Source: Thermoplasmata archaeon (lineage in GTDB: Archaea; Thermoplasmatota; Thermoplasmata; Lutacidiplasmatales; UBA184). From it: DNA of 64,000 bases. How positions within the stretch are numbered: the first letter of the stretch is position 1; each line of letters starts with the position of its first letter. Position numbers and translations under genes: made by a program. Shown piece by piece: positions 40,178 through 50,123 of the stretch. Location of the stretch: assembly GCA_022750335.1 (NCBI GenBank), contig JAKIVX010000006.1:12976-76975 (forward strand), written 5' to 3'. Under the pieces are notes generated by a model. The model saw nothing but the letters and a program-made list of their open reading frames with translations. It did no database searches and was not told the origin of the DNA.

Positions 40178-40558
40178 GTGGCCGCCCTCATGCCCGGCCA
40201 CGAGGTACGGAACCTGTCCGCTTCCGCCGAAGTTCGAACCTTCGAGCACGCGAAGATCGAGTTGGTCAACCTGGCCGGTGCCACGATCGCCCGATTCACC
40301 CTGCAAAGAGGATGGAAGTGGTCGAATGACATCAAGCCGATTGTCAAGACCGAGTGGTGCGAGGCTCCCCACCTTCAGTACATCATTTCGGGAAAATACC
40401 GCGTTCAAATGAAGGACGGAGCCCGATTTGACATCGGGCCGGGCGATGTGGCCTCCGTGCCTCCGGGACATGATGCCTGGGTCGTGGGAGACGAGCCGGC
40501 CGTCGGGATCGAGTTCATCGGTGGGAGGATCGCCACCGAGGGACCGAAGAAGGCCTAG
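40178..40558 (+). CDS. Cupin domain protein
   Basis: GWKWS..KP, C...H..Y..SG, PPGHDAWVVG. Confidence 0.9.
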   Translation: MAALMPGHEVRNLSASAEVRTFEHAKIELVNLAGATIARFTLQRGWKWSNDIKPIVKTEWCEAPHLQYIISGKYRVQMKDGARFDIGPGDVASVPPGHDAWVVGDEPAVGIEFIGGRIATEGPKKA

Positions 40559-40677
40559 GGAGCCCGTCGCGGTGCCTCCCGGCCCCCAGAAGGAGGTCCG
40601 GACACCTCAACTCTGGTTCAGGACGGACCTAACTGTCACGGCCCGCTGGGAGGATCAGTCCACACGGAGACAGAACG

Positions 40678-40953
40678 ATGGGAAGCAAGCAGTACGGCAA
40701 GCGGATCGAGAAGAAAGTCGTGAAGAAGGCTCGGACGGTCGGCGCTGACGTCAAGAAAGGAGCGGCGTGGGCCCGGGCGGAACTCGTGAAGAACAGCAGG
40801 ACGGTCGGACGGAGCGTACAACGTGCCGGGAAGGCGGTTGAGCGGGATGTCGAGCGAGGCGGCAAGAGGATCGGACGGGCCACCCGTCAGCGCCTGACCG
40901 AAGCGGGAGACCGACTCCGGTCCCGCCGCCAGGCCCGTTCCAAGAAAGCGTAA
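40678..40953 (+). CDS. Small highly basic amphipathic-repeat protein
   Basis: 91 aa, K/R-rich, approximately 11-residue periodicity; GGAG upstream. Confidence 0.6.
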   Translation: MGSKQYGKRIEKKVVKKARTVGADVKKGAAWARAELVKNSRTVGRSVQRAGKAVERDVERGGKRIGRATRQRLTEAGDRLRSRRQARSKKA

Positions 40954-41092
40954 GGTCCCGCCACGGCCCAGAGGACGGCCCGAGTCCCGCCCGCGTGCCA
41001 GAGGGCTTCGCCCGAAGGGGCCCGCCGCGACCGACAGCCTCAGGTCCGGACCTTACCCGGGTGGGGGAGCGACCGATCCGGCGCGGGGCGCT

Positions 41093-42121
41093 CTACGAGA
41101 ACCCTTGCTGCCAGTGCCCGATGTCGGCGACGATGGCGGCCGCCCAGGTCAGGTCCGGACGCATCGCTCGCAGGAGGTGTTGTGCTTCCTCGGTTCGTTC
41201 GGACTGGGCGATGTACTGCATGACGGCCAAGGGGGCCCTCGCGATGGCCAAGGGGAGGGCCCGTCGTTCGATCGGGGACAGACGCTCCTCCAGCTGCGCG
41301 TCGTACGCGTCGACCAGGCCCCGAAGGCGCCGTAGCGTTCGGTCCGAGGATGGATCCTTCGCGAGGGTGGAGCTCGCGAAGTACAGCGTGAGAGCAAGAT
41401 CCTCGACGCGGGGCCGCTCCGCCATGAAATCCAGGTCGGTCACGAGGACGACCTTCCCGCTCCGAAACAGCACACTACTGCCCCAGAAGTTCCCATGGAC
41501 CAACTGAATGGGCTTGGTGCCACGCAAGGGGTCGTCCAGTTCCTGCAACCGCCGAGCGAGAAATTCCGCCGAGCGAACGAGCTCGATCTGCTCGGGAAGG
41601 AGCGGCCACGATTCGATCCGCTTCAGAGCCCGCGGCGTCCACTCTTGGACCTCGGCCGTGGTCGGGTAGTTCACGGTCACGGGCTTCTTGCTCGCGGGGC
41701 TGGGGCTGAGGGTCCGTAAGGTGTTGTGGACCCGACCCAGAATCGGGAGGGCGATCTCCAGCCGACTCCACGTGTCGAGCTGGGAACTGTGTTCGACATA
41801 ATCCTCGACCTCGATGATCTGACCCTCGTGCCGTGACCAGAGCTCCCCGGATCGGGCTCGGTACGCCACGGACGTAGGAACCCCGCGAGCGCCGAGCGTC
41901 CGACGGACCAACTGGATCGCCGCGAGACGGTCGAGAGACATCCCGGCTCGGTAGACCCGGATGACCAGCATCCCGGATCCCGTGGTCACCAGCAGGCTGT
42001 GATTCCGTGAGCCTCCGAGGTCCATCGTGAGCTCCACCCCCCCCACCGAGTAGGCTTCGCGGACATGCTCGAGCAATTCGGTCGAGCCGATCGGATGTAC
42101 AGGTCTCAAGACGGACGACAT
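41093..42121 (-). CDS. APH/homoserine-kinase type II-like phosphotransferase (altered catalytic loop)
   Basis: LGGS, VIRVYR, QLVHGNFWGSSVLF, TDLDF, RVEDLA. Confidence 0.8.
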   Translation of the reverse strand: MSSVLRPVHPIGSTELLEHVREAYSVGGVELTMDLGGSRNHSLLVTTGSGMLVIRVYRAGMSLDRLAAIQLVRRTLGARGVPTSVAYRARSGELWSRHEGQIIEVEDYVEHSSQLDTWSRLEIALPILGRVHNTLRTLSPSPASKKPVTVNYPTTAEVQEWTPRALKRIESWPLLPEQIELVRSAEFLARRLQELDDPLRGTKPIQLVHGNFWGSSVLFRSGKVVLVTDLDFMAERPRVEDLALTLYFASSTLAKDPSSDRTLRRLRGLVDAYDAQLEERLSPIERRALPLAIARAPLAVMQYIAQSERTEEAQHLLRAMRPDLTWAAAIVADIGHWQQGFS

Positions 42122-42285
42122 GACTACCGGTGACCGGCGAACGATATCCGGCGAACCCGTCTTTAACGCTCCGGGTGGGGTGGGTGGGTTTTGGGGCCCG
42201 ATGAGAGGCCCGCCACGCTGGTGGGGGCGGTCTACCGGACCCCCTCACGACAGGCGCGGTCGCAGAAATACGCTCGACGCCGGGC

Positions 42286-42633
42286 CTACTCCTCTACGAA
42301 CGTCCGCAATCGCGCGAGGGTCAGGTCCCACCGGCTGGAGATGGCCGCCAGGTCTTGCCGGGCCTGCTCCAGGCGCTGCGAATCCAGCCGGCAGATGCGG
42401 GACCTCCCTCTTCGGTAGGAATGGACCAATCCCGCGTCCTCCAGGACTTGCAGGTGTTTGGCCACGGCTTGACGGGTGACCCCGGCGGTGATCGTGAGCC
42501 GGGTGATGGACATCGGGCCATGGTTGCAGAGGCGGGACACGATCCGAAGGCGGGTCGGATCACCGAGCGCTCCGAAAAGCGGGGCCGACCCCCGGAGCGT
42601 CGACGCGGTGGCGGATCTAGGGAGAGCGCGCAA
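42286..42633 (-). CDS. ArsR/SmtB family transcriptional regulator
   Basis: FGALGDPTRLRIV, TRQAVAKHLQVLEDAGLV, WD..LARL. Confidence 0.92.
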   Translation of the reverse strand: MRALPRSATASTLRGSAPLFGALGDPTRLRIVSRLCNHGPMSITRLTITAGVTRQAVAKHLQVLEDAGLVHSYRRGRSRICRLDSQRLEQARQDLAAISSRWDLTLARLRTFVEE

Positions 42634-43105
42634 GATGCTTCCCGATGAGAACGACCTGCATGCCCCACCCTTGGTCGTTGGCTTCGAATGCGCTCTTCCG
42701 GCGGTGGGCGGGGATCTGATCGAACCCTGACTCGGTCACGGTCAGCAAGGTTCCCTCCGGGACGGCTTGGAGCTCGAACGCGACGAGGGTGGTGGGTTCG
42801 TCCGAATAGTCGATCGTCTGGTCCAGCGAGTGCGGGTGCCATCGGTAGGAGAACAGTTTCTCGGGTTCCATGCGCTCGATCGTGATGGAGTAGGGGAACC
42901 CTTCCATCGGCGCCTGCAGCTTGGCGATATCGGGGTCGGCCTTCGTGCCGGTGATGACTCCGTGGACGGTGGCCCCCGGGCTGAAAGGGCCCCCGAAGCG
43001 AATCCCAAACCACTCTCCAAATTCCTTGGAATCGGCCAACGCCTTCCACACACGACGCGGGGTCGCCCGCAGCGTCACCTGCTTCGTGATTCGATCGGTG
43101 CTCAT
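42617..43105 (-). CDS. SRPBCC/AHSA1 family protein
   Basis: RVWKAL, FGEWFG, FSYRWHP, TVTESGFD, GW. Confidence 0.9.
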   Translation of the reverse strand: MSTDRITKQVTLRATPRRVWKALADSKEFGEWFGIRFGGPFSPGATVHGVITGTKADPDIAKLQAPMEGFPYSITIERMEPEKLFSYRWHPHSLDQTIDYSDEPTTLVAFELQAVPEGTLLTVTESGFDQIPAHRRKSAFEANDQGWGMQVVLIGKHLARSP

Positions 43106-43107
43106 GC

Positions 43108-43162
43108 GCAACCCTTCGGTTGCCCACTATTTCGCCGACATATAAGGCAACCTTATGGTTGC
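43108..43162. promoter_or_regulatory. Twin ArsR-type operators in divergent promoter
   Basis: GCAACC-CTTC-GGTTGC (43108-43123) and GCAACC-TTAT-GGTTGC (43147-43162) flanking ATATAAG. Confidence 0.8.
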
Positions 43163-43236
43163 TTATTTGGGAAAGCAGCGGCGGGACCACCGCCGAGTTT
43201 ATCTCACCGGTCCGCGTCGCCCGAACGCGGAATCCC

Positions 43237-43635
43237 ATGTCAAAAGTGAGCACGATCCATCAGACCGTCACGTTGCCAGCCCCTCCGAATATCGTCTACA
43301 AGACCCACGTGGACGCGAAGGCGCACGCCCGGTTTTCGGGCCATCCGGCGCAGTTGACGGCAAAACCCGGGGGTCGCTTCTCCCATTACGGAGGCGCCCT
43401 GGGGGGGTTCGTGGTTCTCCTTCAGAAGAACCGGCGGATCGTACTGGCGTGGCGGGCGAGCAGCTGGGCCGAGGGCGACTACTCGATCGCGGATTTTGTC
43501 CTGACCAAGGTCGCGAACGGAACGCGGGTGGAGTTTACCCAGTCCGGAGTGCCCACCGCCTCGGCCAAGTCCATCGCGAGCGGGTGGCACGAGCATTACT
43601 GGGCCCCGTTGTCCAAGTTCCTCGCCCGGGACTGA
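43237..43635 (+). CDS. SRPBCC/AHSA1 C-terminal-like protein
   Basis: IHQTV, PGGRF, RIVLAWR, QSGVP, GWHEHYW. Confidence 0.88.
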   Translation: MSKVSTIHQTVTLPAPPNIVYKTHVDAKAHARFSGHPAQLTAKPGGRFSHYGGALGGFVVLLQKNRRIVLAWRASSWAEGDYSIADFVLTKVANGTRVEFTQSGVPTASAKSIASGWHEHYWAPLSKFLARD

Positions 43636-43731
43636 TTCGGAGTCCGATCGACCGGCTCGACCCCTCGGTCCACTCCCCCCCACTCGGTGGACGGGAGACG
43701 GGCTTTATGGAGCGGGACCGTCCCAGATTCG

Positions 43732-44616
43732 ATGGCCGATGGTCGGATCGCCGTGGTAACCGGCGCTTCCCGAGGGGCCGGCAAAGCCATCGCCCTGGAG
43801 CTCGGGCGGGCCGGTTGGACGGTGGTGGGGACTGCGAGGAGCACGCGGCAGTCGCCCAGCAGTGAAGGGGTCTCCGGCACGATCGAGGAAACCGCGGAGG
43901 CGGTGACCGCGGCCGGAGGAACGGGCGTCGCGATCCGCTGCGACCACTCTCGGGAAGCCGACCTCGTTCTCCTCGCAGAACGTCTGCGAGGCGAGTTCGG
44001 CCACGTCGACCTGTTGGTCAATTCTGCCTGGGGCGGATACGAGCAGCACGACCTGGAGGGGTTCGGTCGTCCGTTTTGGGATCAGCCCACCCACCATTGG
44101 GATCGAATGTTTACCTCGGGCGTGCGGCCCACCCTCCTCACTTCCGCCCGCCTCGCAACCCTGCTGATGGCGGCCGAACACGGATGCATCATCAACATCG
44201 TCTCCTGGCTCCAAGGCGAATACCTGGGGAACCTGTACTACGATACGGCGAAGTCGGCCATCATCCGAATGACGGAAGGGATGGCGAAGGAGCTCCGCCC
44301 ACATCGGGTCGGGGCCCTCGTGTTGGTCCCCGGTTTCATGCGCACCGAGCGGGTCATGACGTCCCATGCCACGCATCCCTTCGATCTCTCTTCCACCGAG
44401 TCGCCGTCCTACCTGGGCAGGGCGGTGGTGGCGCTGGCGGGCGACCCGGACGTCCTGGCCAAATCCGGGCAGTTGCTGTACGTGGGAGACCTCGCCAAAG
44501 TGTACGGATTCACCGACGTCGACGGGACCCAGCCACCGGTGTTCCGCACGGGCGATTTGGAGAAGGCCTACGACGTAGCGGAGACGCTCCCAGCGCCCCG
44601 AGATGGGCACGCGTAG
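43732..44616 (+). CDS. SDR family oxidoreductase
   Basis: VTGASRGAG, LVNSAWGG, YDTAK (YxxxK), PGFMRTE. Confidence 0.92.
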   Translation: MADGRIAVVTGASRGAGKAIALELGRAGWTVVGTARSTRQSPSSEGVSGTIEETAEAVTAAGGTGVAIRCDHSREADLVLLAERLRGEFGHVDLLVNSAWGGYEQHDLEGFGRPFWDQPTHHWDRMFTSGVRPTLLTSARLATLLMAAEHGCIINIVSWLQGEYLGNLYYDTAKSAIIRMTEGMAKELRPHRVGALVLVPGFMRTERVMTSHATHPFDLSSTESPSYLGRAVVALAGDPDVLAKSGQLLYVGDLAKVYGFTDVDGTQPPVFRTGDLEKAYDVAETLPAPRDGHA

Positions 44617-44763
44617 GTTCTTCGAGGGCCCTCCGGAAGTGAGGGCGATAGCACTCGTGGGCAAGAAACTCCCCCACTGGCTTCGCGGCCAAGAGTCCAA
44701 GTACGTCGTCCCGTCTGGGCCGCAACGGATGACCCCCCAGGTGGGACCTCTGGCCCCGGAGTC

Positions 44764-46014
44764 ATGACGGGATCACCCGCGGTCGAGTCGCGCCCCAGTT
44801 TTCGCCAGGTGTTGCACCATCGCCCCTTCTTCCTCCTCTGGCTCTCGCAGTTGGTCTCTCAGTCCGGAGACCTCGTCTTTGAAGTCGCGCTCCTCTGGTT
44901 GGTCCTGGGGGTCACCGGTTCGGTCTTCGCCGTCGGCATCGTGGTCGCGGTCACCCTGCTGCCCGGGGTCGTCTTGGGACCATTCCTAGGGGTCTACGTC
45001 GACCGTTGGGATCGGCGCGAGATCCTGATCTTCACGAACGTGGTGGAAGGGGTAGTCGTCGCCGCCCTGTCGGGACTCATCCTCGCTCACACGATCGGTT
45101 TACCGTTGATCCTCGCCGTCGTCTTCATCCTGGGCACGGGAAGTCAAGTGGTGCGCACGGCCGCCAATGCCACGATCCCGCTCGTGGTCGGAAAGGAGAA
45201 TCTGGGCCCCGCCAACAGCCTGATGACATTTTCGAGTTCGTTCAACCAGGTTGTCGGGTTGGCGGTGGGCGGGGTGGTCGTCGCACTGTTCGGGGTCAGC
45301 CTCCCGATCGAATACGACGCGCTGAGTTTCTTCGCGGCCGCCCTCATCCTGGTGGGCCTCTCGAAAGAGTCGGGCCGCCCCTCGGATGCGGACCGGTCTC
45401 AGACAAGCCGATTCTCGGAGGAGTTCGCCCAAGGGATCCGATTCATCCGGGAGAATCGCTTCCTGATCGAGTTGATCGTCCTGGCGTCGTTCCTGAACTT
45501 CTTCGGGACCGCGATCGGGGCATTGTTCGCCCCCTACTCCAAGCTTGTCCTCCACGGCGGTGCGGCGACGTACGGCTTCCTAGGCGCGAGCGTCGCGATC
45601 GGGGCCATCGTGGGGGCTGCCATTGTGGGGAGCTCCAACACCCGCCAGTCCTCGGGCACGTGGGTCCTCGTGGGCGGAGCGGTGATCGGGGCGGCGATCG
45701 TGGGGCTGGGGTTCTCTACATCGATCCCGTTGGCGCTCGGGACCATCTTCGTCCTCGGGGTGGCCCTCTCGATCGCGAACATCCCGATCTCTACGCTGAT
45801 CCAGGCCAAGGTCCCCGCACGGCTCTTGGGTCGGGTGGGAGCCGCCATGGGAAGTTTGATCGTTGTGGCCGGACCCGCCGGCGCCTTCTTCGCGGGAGCG
45901 TTCGCCGAGGCGACGTCCGTCCAGACCGTGTTCATCGTCTTCGGCGGAATTTTCCTGATCACGATCGGCGTCGGCGCCCTCGTCATGAAGGAGCTGCGCA
46001 CCGTGAGCTACTAG
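44764..46014 (+). CDS. MFS transporter (MFS_3/MefA-like)
   Basis: 12 TM pattern, GVYVDRWDRR motif A, LLGRV. Confidence 0.9.
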   Translation: MTGSPAVESRPSFRQVLHHRPFFLLWLSQLVSQSGDLVFEVALLWLVLGVTGSVFAVGIVVAVTLLPGVVLGPFLGVYVDRWDRREILIFTNVVEGVVVAALSGLILAHTIGLPLILAVVFILGTGSQVVRTAANATIPLVVGKENLGPANSLMTFSSSFNQVVGLAVGGVVVALFGVSLPIEYDALSFFAAALILVGLSKESGRPSDADRSQTSRFSEEFAQGIRFIRENRFLIELIVLASFLNFFGTAIGALFAPYSKLVLHGGAATYGFLGASVAIGAIVGAAIVGSSNTRQSSGTWVLVGGAVIGAAIVGLGFSTSIPLALGTIFVLGVALSIANIPISTLIQAKVPARLLGRVGAAMGSLIVVAGPAGAFFAGAFAEATSVQTVFIVFGGIFLITIGVGALVMKELRTVSY

Positions 46015-46279
46015 GACCTGGCACAGACCATCCTCGAAACCAGTCGGGGGAGCGAGCGACCCGGCTCGGGCCCAAGTCCCCCGTCGGTCGACTTTCGGCC
46101 CCTGAATTTCGATATCTTCCGGGAGGGCCCCGCGCCACGAGCCACTCACCGGAGGCGAGTATTCGATCCGAAAACTCTCGAGAACGACACTACCCTCGGT
46201 GCGGGTTTATCTGGAGGGCAACGCTCGACCTCGAGCCGCGGTCGGGAGCACCGCCGCCCAACTCCGCAGGAAGTATCTC

Positions 46280-47338
46280 ATGCCCTCCGGGATCAATCGG
46301 CAGTGGTTGCTGGCCCAGCGGCCCGAGGAACTTCCCGACGGTTTGGTCGGAGAGCACAATTTCCGATGGGCGGAGTCTCCGATACCCTCCCCCGCTGACG
46401 GTCAGATGCTCCTTCGAAACCTGTGGTTCTCATTCGATCCGACCCAGTTGCTCCTGATGACCTATTATGACGAAACCAATCTAGAATCCCCCGGTCTCCC
46501 CCTCGGCGGGGTCATGCGCGGACTGACCGTGTCCCAAGTGATCGAGTCTCGCATTCCGGCGTTCCGTCCGGGCGACCTCGTGCACGGCTACTCGGGATGG
46601 GAGGATTTCTCCCTCTCCGACGGTCACGGGTACTTCGAGACGACCAAAGTACCTCCCGGGATCGCTCCGAACGTGGCGCTCGGGGCCCTCGGTGTCACGG
46701 GAATGGCTGCCTACTTCGGGGTGGTCGAGGTGGGGAAACCCCAGCCGGGCGAGACGTTCGTGGTCTCGGCCGCGGCCGGTGGTGTGGGTTCGATCGCGGG
46801 CCAGATCGCGAAGATCCTCGGAGCCCGGGTCATCGGCATCGCCGGGGGGAAAGCGAAGTGCGCCTGGCTCACGGATGAGGCGGGATTCGACGGGGCGATC
46901 GACCACCACACGGAAGACGTGGGCGAACGACTCTCGGCGCTCTGTCCGGATGGGATCGACATCTACTTTGACAATGTGGGCGGAGCCCTCCTCGATCAGG
47001 TCCTCGAGCGCCTTCGCTCCCACGGAAGGATCGTGCTGTGCGGGGGGACCGCGCGCTACGGACAGAAGGTCCCCCCACCGGGCCCGTCCAACTACCTCGC
47101 GCTGGTCATGGTGAACGGCCGAATGGAGGGGCTGCTAGCCCGAGACTATGCGGCCCGGTTTCCCGAGGGGGCCGCGGCCCTCCTACCCTGGCTTCGGTCG
47201 GGGCAACTCAAGTCGAAGGAGGACGTGGCCGTGGGGCTGGAGAACGCCCCGAAGACCCTGGCACGACTGTACACCGGAGCGAGCTTCGGAAAGCAACTAC
47301 TGAAGGTGGCGGAGCCCGCGGTCATCTCCGGCACGTGA
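46280..47338 (+). CDS. NADP-dependent oxidoreductase (PTGR/CurA-like MDR)
   Basis: AYFG, SAAAGGVGS, GIDIYFDNVGG, GLENAP, GKQL. Confidence 0.92.
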   Translation: MPSGINRQWLLAQRPEELPDGLVGEHNFRWAESPIPSPADGQMLLRNLWFSFDPTQLLLMTYYDETNLESPGLPLGGVMRGLTVSQVIESRIPAFRPGDLVHGYSGWEDFSLSDGHGYFETTKVPPGIAPNVALGALGVTGMAAYFGVVEVGKPQPGETFVVSAAAGGVGSIAGQIAKILGARVIGIAGGKAKCAWLTDEAGFDGAIDHHTEDVGERLSALCPDGIDIYFDNVGGALLDQVLERLRSHGRIVLCGGTARYGQKVPPPGPSNYLALVMVNGRMEGLLARDYAARFPEGAAALLPWLRSGQLKSKEDVAVGLENAPKTLARLYTGASFGKQLLKVAEPAVISGT

Positions 47339-47484
47339 GACCGTTCCCTGGAGGTTGGCCCCCGCCGTGGCCGCGGTCGGACCTACGGCGGACCGGACCT
47401 CTCTCCGCGCGACCCGCCCGGTTCACCCGCCGGAAAGTTCGAGGACCCTTCTAATACGCCTCGAGGAAATGCACGGACGTTACC

Positions 47485-47979
47485 ATGGGTTGGGGAGGGA
47501 TCAAGAACATTCCGCCGGGCTTCGACGTGTTCGGGGGGAAACAAGGCCCCACGAACATCGTGGAGGAGGCGATCGGCGGCCACGTTCTAGGGTTGATTCC
47601 GGGGAACATACGATTGTTCGCCGACCTGAAGCGCAATCTGCTGCACCAGGACTACGCCCGCTACTTCGATTCTTGCTTGGTGTGCTCGAACGTCCTGACG
47701 GCGATCGAGGACGGGAGGTACGTTCCCCAGGTCCTGAAGGACATCGTAGAGCCCGCGCTGGCGACAGCCATCGAACAGATGGAGTCGATCGAAAAGGACG
47801 CCGCCCAGAGCCACGCTTCGCACCGAAAGATGCAGTACGACCCCCTACCGTCCCTCGAGCAGCTCCACCTCAAGTCCCGCCCCATCGCCCTCGCCTACCC
47901 GCACGCCGCCCGGGCCCCGGACCTGGACGTGAGGTATCGGGAGATCTCCGACTCCGTGCGCCGTCTGACCTCGACCTGA
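47485..47979 (+). CDS. Hypothetical protein with CxxC
   Basis: 164-aa ORF with host-like codon usage, SCLVC. Confidence 0.6.
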   Translation: MGWGGIKNIPPGFDVFGGKQGPTNIVEEAIGGHVLGLIPGNIRLFADLKRNLLHQDYARYFDSCLVCSNVLTAIEDGRYVPQVLKDIVEPALATAIEQMESIEKDAAQSHASHRKMQYDPLPSLEQLHLKSRPIALAYPHAARAPDLDVRYREISDSVRRLTST

Positions 47980-48090
47980 ACGTTCGGTCGCCCGGTTCCG
48001 GAGTGCACCCCCCGTGCCCCTACCGGGCCGCACCGAAGTGACCTTCCGGAAGTCGCTCGACCGCGGCGTCCGGGTCGGCGCCGGCGCTTC

Positions 48091-48987
48091 TCAGCAGGAC
48101 TGGGCTTGCGTGGTCGGGCCGGACAACCCGGTGCCCGTGACCGCGTAGTAGTTGGCCGTGATCTCGGTACCCGAGCCGCTCGTAGCGGTGAATGCGCAGG
48201 TGGAGTAGAGCAGGGTCCAGGTCGGGTTCCCGCTCGTTGCGGAATCTCCCCCGAGGAGGATGAACACCTCCGTCGCCCCCGTGTGATTCTGCAGGAAGGT
48301 GGCGCCGCCTCCCTGGTTCAACTCGGAGGCGATCGCAGGCGAGTCGAGCACCCCCGTCGCATTGATCGCTCCCAGGCTGGTGAAGGTCGTGATACAGCTC
48401 GCACCGGTCGCGGTCACGAGAGGGGTGGCCGACCCGTCGCTCACCTCGATCAGCAGGATGGCGCTCGCCGCGGTGTTCTTCGCGAAGAAGATCCACGTGG
48501 ACAATTCTCCGGCCGATGCGTTGGACGGGGTCCCCGGGAAACTGACGGTCGTCGGGGCTCCGGGCGAAGGAGTGTAGTCGCATCCGGATTGACCGATGGA
48601 ATCAAGATTCGGTGAGGTGATGCCTCCCGATAGGCCGAGACCCTCCGCGGCGACGATGGTCCAAGGTCCCCCGCTCGCGGAGAGAGCGCCGGAGGTCCCG
48701 GTGACGATGGCTTGGCTGTAGGGCGCTGGAGTTCCGAAGTTGGGATTGCTGCCACCGGAATTCGACCCGATCATCAGCACAAAGATCGCGATCACGACGA
48801 CCGCCACGACCGCGATCGCGGCCACGGCGATCCACACGTTCCGCCGGGACTTGGGAGGGCTCGGGGCCGTCGGGGCGGGCGGAGGGGCCGAGGGAATGGT
48901 GGCCGCTTCCGGAGTGGCCGGGTTGACCCCGGGGGGGTTCGTCCCGTACTCGTAGATCGGTTCGTCGTTCGGAGGAGCGAGGGCCAT
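48091..48987 (-). CDS. Membrane-anchored Ser/Thr/Gly-rich surface protein
   Basis: Pro-rich N-tail, one TM, extracellular domain with four Cys ending in C-terminal Cys. Confidence 0.7.
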   Translation of the reverse strand: MALAPPNDEPIYEYGTNPPGVNPATPEAATIPSAPPPAPTAPSPPKSRRNVWIAVAAIAVVAVVVIAIFVLMIGSNSGGSNPNFGTPAPYSQAIVTGTSGALSASGGPWTIVAAEGLGLSGGITSPNLDSIGQSGCDYTPSPGAPTTVSFPGTPSNASAGELSTWIFFAKNTAASAILLIEVSDGSATPLVTATGASCITTFTSLGAINATGVLDSPAIASELNQGGGATFLQNHTGATEVFILLGGDSATSGNPTWTLLYSTCAFTATSGSGTEITANYYAVTGTGLSGPTTQAQSC

Positions 48988-49087
48988 GCCCGCGGTACGG
49001 GGACCCGACTCTTTAGCATGCCGAACAGCGTCGGATCTTCCGTGCGCCGATCGGACGGGGGACGCCCCGGCTCCACGGCGGAGTCGG

Positions 49088-49975
49088 TCACCCCGGTGCG
49101 TTGCGGACGCGAGGAACCCCCGCGCCGTAGAGGAACTGCACCAAGGCGGTGTTGAATGCGGTCGAATTCTGAAAGTGCGGGTAGTGACCGGCGTTGGGGA
49201 TGGTCACGATCGAGGCTCCGGGAATGGCCGCCCCGGTCATTTCGGCGACCGCCCGGAGCCAGAGGACGCTCGTCTCTCCATGGATCACCAAGGTCCGCAT
49301 CCGGAGCTGGCCCAACGCGGCGCGGGAGAGGGGAGGGTACGGAGTATCCGTCTCCTTCACGGTCCTCCCATTGTCCAACATCATCCTCCGGATCGGTTCG
49401 GGAAGGCCCTCGAGCACACCCTTCCGGTCCTCCACTCCATCCAGATTGAACTGCACCGCGCTCGCCGGATCGTTTCGACGGAGGGCGTCGAGCGCGGGAC
49501 CGTTCGACGTTCGGAGGAACCGCTGGGCCGAGAGGGCGACCCGCGGATTGCGAAGCAAGAGCCCCAACGCCTCCGACCGGCGTTTCGGATCTCGGAGCAA
49601 CAGGGAGGCGATCGCCGGCTCGACGAGGGTCAGTGATTGGAGCAGTTCGGGCTGGAGCGTGGCCAGGTACGCCGCCACGAACCCCCCGTAGGAATGTCCG
49701 ACGAGGTGCACCGGGGCGACCCCCAGCTGCGTGATGAGCCCGGCCAGGTCTGACGCGTTGTTCTCGACGGTGCTGTCCGAGAGATCCCCCGAGCGCGGGT
49801 TGGGGTAGGCGTAGCGGCGGCTGTACGTGATCGTCCGAAAACCGGGAGAGAGTGCCCCCACTTGGGCATCCCAGGCCCGGTAGTCGGTGGGGATCCCGTG
49901 GACGAACAACACGGCCGGTCCCGCACCTTGCTCGGACCAGGTGAGCGTCACCCCGCTGACGTCGATCGTGGCCAT
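49088..49975 (-). CDS. Alpha/beta hydrolase
   Basis: FVHG, GHSYGG nucleophile elbow, IHGE, AGHYPH. Confidence 0.92.
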   Translation of the reverse strand: MATIDVSGVTLTWSEQGAGPAVLFVHGIPTDYRAWDAQVGALSPGFRTITYSRRYAYPNPRSGDLSDSTVENNASDLAGLITQLGVAPVHLVGHSYGGFVAAYLATLQPELLQSLTLVEPAIASLLLRDPKRRSEALGLLLRNPRVALSAQRFLRTSNGPALDALRRNDPASAVQFNLDGVEDRKGVLEGLPEPIRRMMLDNGRTVKETDTPYPPLSRAALGQLRMRTLVIHGETSVLWLRAVAEMTGAAIPGASIVTIPNAGHYPHFQNSTAFNTALVQFLYGAGVPRVRNAPG

Positions 49976-50123
49976 GGATCGTTAGGGGAGTTCGGAACCG
50001 TATAACCGACCGCCCCCTCGGACGGAGGGGCGGTCCGGCCCCGTCGCCGCGGCCTCGGAACGGGTTCGACCGCTCGCCGGGGTCGGGCGCCCGCGGTTCC
50101 GGACGCGTCTCTCCCGCCGCTTC

